A stretch of DNA of 64,000 nucleotides from Paraspadella gotoi (lineage: Eukaryota; Animalia; Chaetognatha): contig CM119265.1 in assembly GCA_051294375.1 (NCBI GenBank), positions 1,026,089 to 1,090,088 on the forward strand, given 5' to 3'. Position numbers and translations under genes: made by a program. The notes under the pieces were generated by a model. It made no database searches, had not been told where the DNA came from, and saw nothing but the letters and a program-made list of their open reading frames with translations. Numbering within the stretch: position 1 is the stretch's first letter; every line of letters begins with the position of its first letter. Of the stretch, positions 38,947 to 64,000 are shown one piece after another.

Positions 38947-39250
38947 CTTGGCTGCAGCGGCGGCGGTGCTGATATCCTGCTGCGTCGACTGCAGCTCCTG
39001 GTGAGGTCGGATAGCAGAACCTTCAGGAATTGCGTCGAAGTTTGCCCGATGAAGAAAGCAAGGAAAATACCGTGTTGCTGCAGCACGAAGAAGCAGGAGA
39101 GCAGAGCAGCGATGAGGGACTCGGCTGCGGATTTGGCGGCGGCGCAGGAAGATCATGCAGTTCTCGTTGGAAGAGAATTGAATATTGTAGAGAAATGTCG
39201 CGGGGTCACGATGTATCCAGGGACTTGTGGACCCAACCGGAAGAAGTCAA
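38947..39250 (+). pseudogene. Truncated paralog of the Cys-rich surface protein
   Basis: LAAAAAVLISCCVDCSS, then an internal deletion of roughly 80 bp with a frameshift, then RTFRNCVEVCPMKK..CCCSTKK..CRGVTMYPGTCG. No start codon and no exon 2/3 seen. Confidence 0.7.
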
Positions 39251-39752
39251 GCGTGGTCGTCGTCGCTTTGGGTTTACGTAAAAGTTTTTTAGGTTACTGT
39301 GAGGTTACTGTGAGGCAATATTCACTTCTCTGCAATATGCAAATAAGTTTCACTTATCTATAACAATGATATTATTATATGGAGGACATTTCAGATCATA
39401 ATATGTGACAATTGTTTCCACAGCTTTCCAAACAAGAAAAGGCAACGCAAGTTAATCTTTTCCGCCGCAGCAACTTTAGCATATTTCAACTTATTCATAG
39501 AAACGTCTAAAATTTTTCAATTCTTTTCATACCTACTTATCAAAATTAATAAACAAGAAGCTAAAAAATCTTTTTCTGTTCGTTAAAATCCAAAAGTAAA
39601 AAAAAAAAAATTGATTTTTCAAATCAAAAATTCTTTTCTCTTTTCTGATTTCTACGCCGCTTTTCCTTCATGTCGTCGGGCAACCTCCTTTCCCCTTTTG
39701 TCGGCCAAACCTCCTTCCCTTTTGTCGTCTCCCTCTATCCATGTCGGCTCCC

Positions 39753-41319
39753 TTAGACGACAAGACTGAGAGCGACCATGCCGACGACGAAGCCGACGTT
39801 GTTGGCCAGGTCTCCTGCTCCCGACAAAGGTGACAATTCCTTCTCCGACATTGTCGTCGTCGTCGTCGTCTTGTACTTGGCAGTGGTCTTCTTGGCTGAG
39901 GTTTTACCGGTGGGTACGCCCGTGGTGGATGCTCCCTTGGTGGTCGATCCACCTTTGGTAGTCGAATTCGGCATCGCGGTCGTCGGCATATCGGCGCCTT
40001 TGCAGGTTTGCATGTTCACGTTGCATTCTTTCTTCATGCAAACGCAACCATCTTTCCCTTTCATTGCGTCGCAAGCTTTAGAGTTGCAACAGAACATTTG
40101 GGTTTTACTGATGGAAAAGAAAAAAAGAATTCTCGTCATGTGATATGTTTTCTTGTGATGTTTTTGTGACATGTTTTCTCGTCATGTGATCTGTTTTCTT
40201 GTGTTTTCGTGACATGTTTTTTTGTCATGTGATACGTTTTCTTGTGATGTTTTTGTGACATGTTTTATTGTCATGTGATACGTTTTCTTGTGATATTTTT
40301 GTGACATGTCTTTTTGTCATGTGATACGTTTTCTTGTGATGTTTTTGTGACATATTTTCTTGTCATGTGATACGTTTTCTTGTGATGTTTTTGTGACATG
40401 TGTTCTTGTCATGTGATATGTTTTCTTTTGATGTTTTCGTGACATGTTTTCTTGTCATGTGATACGTTTTCTTGTGATGTTTTTGTGACATGTTTTCTTG
40501 TCATGTGATACGTTTTCTTGTGATGTTTTTGTGACATGTTTTCTTGTCATGTGATACGTTTTCTTGTGATGTTTTCGTGACATGTTTTCTTGTCATGTGA
40601 TACGTTTTCTTTTGATGTTTTCGTGACATGTTTTTTTGTCATGTGATACCGTTTTCTGTAATGTTTTGTGACATGTTTTATTGTCATGTGATACGTTTTC
40701 TTGTGGATGTTTTCGTGACATGTTTTCTCGTCATGATATATATTTTTAGTGAGGTTTTTGTCACATGTTTTCTCGTCATCATGTTCGTGAAACAACTATA
40801 AGTGGTCAGAATATTAATTGTCACTGATTTAACCTGTTTTATCTCGTAAGAGTTATCATGTTCTGTTATTATTTCTAATATCTCTAACATAATATTTCCA
40901 ATCAGTTGCATTCACTTGTTTTCCATCTTGACTCCGCATTGGGGTCCATAGCTTTTAAAGCCTTGACACGTTTGTGGAACCGTTCCCTTGGCGCACTCGA
41001 CCTTGGCCACGCTTCCCTTTAACACTCCCTGCCAGGTTTTCAGGCAATCGGTTCCTTTGGCGTTTGACTGGCAACAAGCGCACGCGTATTTGCCCTTCGC
41101 TTCTTTGCAGTCTTTCAGGCATTGGTTGACCGTCGCGCAGATGTTAGTGGAAGAGTCAGCTTTCGTCGGATCCTTAGCTTGGCACATCAATAGATTTTTC
41201 TTCAAATCGCAGGCCGTTTCTTGGCCTGGAGCTCCGCACTTGAGATCGGCACCTGCCACGGATCGACCGCCGAAGACGACGACGACGACGACGACGAGAG
41301 CGACGAAAAACGAATTCAT
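39753..41319 (-). CDS. Divergent paralog of the Cys-rich GPI-anchored surface protein; exons 41319-40916 and 40107-39753
   Basis: Signal peptide MNSFFVALVVVVVVVFGG. Cys spacing and motifs PQTCQG, CGV, CNSK and GCVCMKKECNVNMQTCK align with 37446-38487. It has the same phase-2 intron after CGVxxx, a Thr/Lys stalk and a hydrophobic C-terminus. Confidence 0.8.
40130..40790. repeat. 46-bp minisatellite, about 14 copies, filling the intron of the minus-strand Cys-rich gene
   Basis: Unit GTCATGTGATACGTTTTCTTGTGATGTTTTTGTGACATGTTTTCTT. Confidence 0.9.
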
Positions 41320-41893
41320 TTTAATTTCGGGAGAANNNNNNNNNNAAAAAAAAAAATGGCGGAAAAAACGAAGGGAAAGAAGAGATGAAATGAGTGTAAA
41401 GGGAGATTCTAAGAGAATTAGTTTATTTGGGTAACGCGGTGGGAGAGAGGGGGAGAGGGAGAGGGAGAGAGAGAGGGAGAGGAAATGAGGGGAGCAAGGA
41501 GAGGAAAAGGTGAAGGAAAGGAGGGAGGGAGAGAGAGAGAAAGCTATAAGAAAAGTGTGTGAGAAAAAGAAGCAAGAGAACGAATCATGCTCACTTAGTC
41601 CGTAAGTCCGTCAATCTTTCTGGTCGGTTTGTCTTTCCGTTAGTCTATGCGTCTCTTCAAAATTTTATATTATGACGACAAAAAATATTTTCTTGGTTAC
41701 AATCGATATTTCAAGAAACTCTTTCACTTTTAACTCAATAGAAATTTTTTTTAAAATAGAATTTTCTAATTAATAAGAATGAATTTTCGCTCTAGTTCGT
41801 TTCTTTACCGAAATCTCGAACTTCAATTTTTTTTTTTAATTTCTTTTCGAAAACGGTCAAAAGAGGATTCGCTGTTCATTTGTTCTCAAAAAG

Positions 41894-60862
<18,969 letters not shown>

Positions 60863-61167
60863 GTGATGCTGAAGGATGGGCGGGTGCTGCAATGTACTGC
60901 AGATGTAGCAAATGCCTAAGATTCTCCCTCTAACCTGACTTCCTTGCCCTTTGCCATGCCTTCCCTACCCCTCTTCCCTGCCTAAGCTCTTTCCTCCTCC
61001 CTGCCTTCTTTGGCCTTTTGTCTCCTCTACCCCTCTACCCTGCCTGAGCTTCTCCCTTTTCCCTGCCTTCCTTGCCCATTAAAGCGTAGCAAAAACATTA
61101 AAATCAAGTAGAATCAAAATTCGAATAGTGGATCACCTGTGTTCATTTTTAATTTAAAAAAAAATAG

Positions 61168-61722
61168 TTTTCAATTTTCGCATACGCCCATATTTATACA
61201 TAGTACTCGCCATAGAAAATGTCAAAATTTTAAAATCAGATTCGAATTCCTAACGAAAAGTTGATAAAAGGAAATATAACTCTTTTTAGAAAATTATTTC
61301 ACTAAGTGGGTCAAAATCATAATAAAACTATTATAATTAACATCTAATTAAATTTTAGTATAAAAAATATAGTTTTTTGAATTTTTGGCTAACTTAATGA
61401 AAGAGTTTTATGAGGATTTCGAATCTGTTTTCAAAACTAAGAAAACCTTATTTTAAATTTTGACATTTTCTATGGTGAGTACTACGTATAAATATGGGCG
61501 TAAAAATCATAAAAAATCATTAAAAAAACTATTATAATTAACCTATATTTATNNNNNNNNNNAAAAATATATTTTTTTGAATTTTTGGCGAACTTAATGA
61601 AAGAATTTTATGAGGATTTCGAATCTGTTTTCAAAATTAAGAAAACATTATTTTAAAATTTTGACATTTTTTATGGTGAGTAGTACTACGTATAAATATG
61701 GGCGTATGCAAAAATTGAGAAA
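61168..61722. mobile_element. MITE with long terminal inverted repeats; right arm duplicated across an N gap
   Basis: GCATACGCCCATATTTATACATAGTACTCGCCATAGAAAATGTCAAAATTTTAAAAT is mirrored at about 61450-61502 and about 61650-61710. Confidence 0.6.
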
Positions 61723-61924
61723 TTTAAAAAAAATTTATATATACAAGTTCTTTTTTTTCAAGACTGTTCATGATTAACCTATTAGAATTTTGATCTGCAA
61801 CTTTCACACACCTTATTGCCACTTGAGAATATCGTTTAGATTTGCGTTTGATAGATTTTTGTTTCTCTCCAACTACGATCAGAGAATTCTGACTGTTTCT
61901 TCTCTCTCTCTCTCTCTCTCCTCT

Positions 61925-61961
<37 letters not shown>

Positions 61962-64000
61962 CCTCACTCATTTAGGATAACCTTTAGAGTGCGATAGCCG
62001 TATATTAGCTCTATCGTCAATTTTCCTTTAAAACCATATTCTCATTTGCATATTGCAGAGAATCGCTTTTAACGATTAAAAAAGGCACACTACTTATCAA
62101 ATTTATTTATATTGCTAAAAATAAATTCACATAATGTTAAATTTTCTAATTTCTGCACAAACTAACGGNNNNNNNNNNNNNNNNNNNNNNNNNCTAACAG
62201 GTTCCGATTTGTTTTCAGGACATAGAAAAGGACTAATAATTAAATATTTGTTATTTCAGGTAATGCCTTGTCAAGCTTTACTCTTATTAATGAGTTTTAA
62301 ATATTATAATTAATTTGAACACATGAACCGGGTTTTATAAATTTGATAAAGAGCTGTTTTTGACGAGGAGTTTCATGAACCCTTCTAAATGTTGTCAATA
62401 GTTTAAATAGATTTTGTTTATATATAAACGGAAATTAAAACTGAGGTTAAAGCTTTAACTTCGTCAATCGTGTGGTGGGTCAGAAGTTTGATTTGGGAAC
62501 CTTTCCTTAAATTGATAACTCCGTACATTTCTCGAGGGAGATCAACTTTCAATGGAGCCAAAATTCTTAACAATGCTATATGGAACATTAGTAATTATTT
62601 TTTAATTATTTTTATAGATAGAAATGTAAAAAATTTTTTCTTTGAATTTGTTTATTTATAAAGGCAGATTCCAAATAGCTTATGAGCTCTATCTTATCAC
62701 AAGTCATAATTCTTTACATACTCTGATGATAAGTGGGTTAAAATGAGAAAACTTTAAAAATCATCATCTTATCTCATCGATCATCCGATGATTTTAGCAG
62801 TTTTTAACTCAATTTTAGTAATAAAACATCAAAATTTAAAAAAATTTAATCTAATTTTTTGCTTTAAGTTTTTAAAGCTCTATCAGAGGTCAATCTATAT
62901 ATATAACTCTTTAGAAATATCAAAAGAAAACTTTCTTAACATTCTTATATAAGCAATATAAATAAATTAATTAGCGACGATTACTCTATGTTCGGAACTT
63001 TTTGCAAAAAATATTTTAATCACGTATATAGATTCAATTTACAATAATGGAATTAGTTTAATGCTTCGTTACCACATTAAAATTTGAATTTTGTCGGGCT
63101 ACCGCTACTATGTATTGTAAACCATTGCCCGTCTTAACGCTTAAGCCCCATATCAATGCAACCATTAAACAAGATCGGCCAACTTTAAAAGTGGTCTACA
63201 CCGGTACTCTGTGTTTCTGCTTGGCCCTTTTTTTCCATTTATTTGTGTCATCTCTCAACAATCTTTTGTATTGCGAAAAGCATTCAATTGGATACTCGTG
63301 ATTCAGCTTTAGTTGCTTGTATTTTCTCGACGAATGATTGCGGAGTGAAGCTTAGGGATGCGATCAGAGATTTAGTTATCTAGTTGTATTTTATTCTTTC
63401 ATCTCACACTGACATTGGTTTCTCTTTTACTTGCACTCTCATTTCGATGAAAATCTTGAAACTTTACACAAAGCTGATAACGATATAGCAAGGAAAGATA
63501 TTCGAGGGGGCAATTAAGTGATACTTTTGGTCTCACTTCATTAAAAATGATTAGAACGGTTGCTCTCATGTCAAGTGAGTTGTTAGTTTGGTATAGTATT
63601 GTTTTTGTTATATGTTGATATAAATCATTAAAATATATAGATCTGTCATCATCAACTTCATCCTAATCTTCATCATGTCGTCGTCGTCATCGTCGTTTTT
63701 TCGTATACAAATAGCTTATTCACTTTTCTTTCTCCACTTGTTTTTCTTATGTTCTTCTATTCCTACTCTGCTCTCTCTCTCCTTTTCTCGTATTCAAGAT
63801 TACACTCTCGTCTATTCTGCTCTGCTCTCTATAACCTCAATCTCTCTCCTCTCTCTCTCTCTCTCTTCTCTCTCTCTTCATCTCTCTCTCTCTCACTCTC
63901 TGCAGAATATACGACACATATCTATCATCAAACCATATTTTATACCACCTTCTATGCTATCTACCGCCGCTGCACGTCTCGCGTTTAAAAGGTGGCCAGC

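Noticed and set aside
40130-40790. CRISPR-like array
   Set aside because: Head-to-tail minisatellite with no unique spacers, no cas genes, inside a eukaryotic intron.

Overview
AT-rich, microsatellite-rich animal (invertebrate-like) genomic DNA with GT-AG introns, from a draft assembly with N gaps and visibly noisy stretches. Genes in order: two tandem 4-exon JHAMT-like SAM methyltransferases (+); a ~13-exon Ariadne-like RBR (RING1-IBR-RING2) E3 ligase (-); a small family of secreted, Cys-rich, Thr-stalked, probably GPI-anchored proteins (one + gene, one + pseudogene, one divergent - gene); and the 5' half of PSME4 (PA200/Blm10, +). PSME4 carries large acidic insertions and has a same-strand CD225/dispanin (IFITM-like) gene nested in one intron. 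About 7 kb around the RBR 5' end occurs three times, and part of PSME4 occurs as a noisy inverted copy; both are probably haplotype or assembly artefacts. The most unusual signals are: (i) two divergent solo-LTR-like elements, each fused to a ~37-39-nt copy of the 3' part of mature tRNA-Leu including CCA, about twice a normal PBS; (ii) a polymorphic insertion with an inverted pair of minimal Penelope-type hammerhead ribozymes; (iii) the same-strand nested dispanin gene; (iv) the unrecognised Cys-rich surface-protein family. All homology calls come from reading the sequence by eye; no searches were run.
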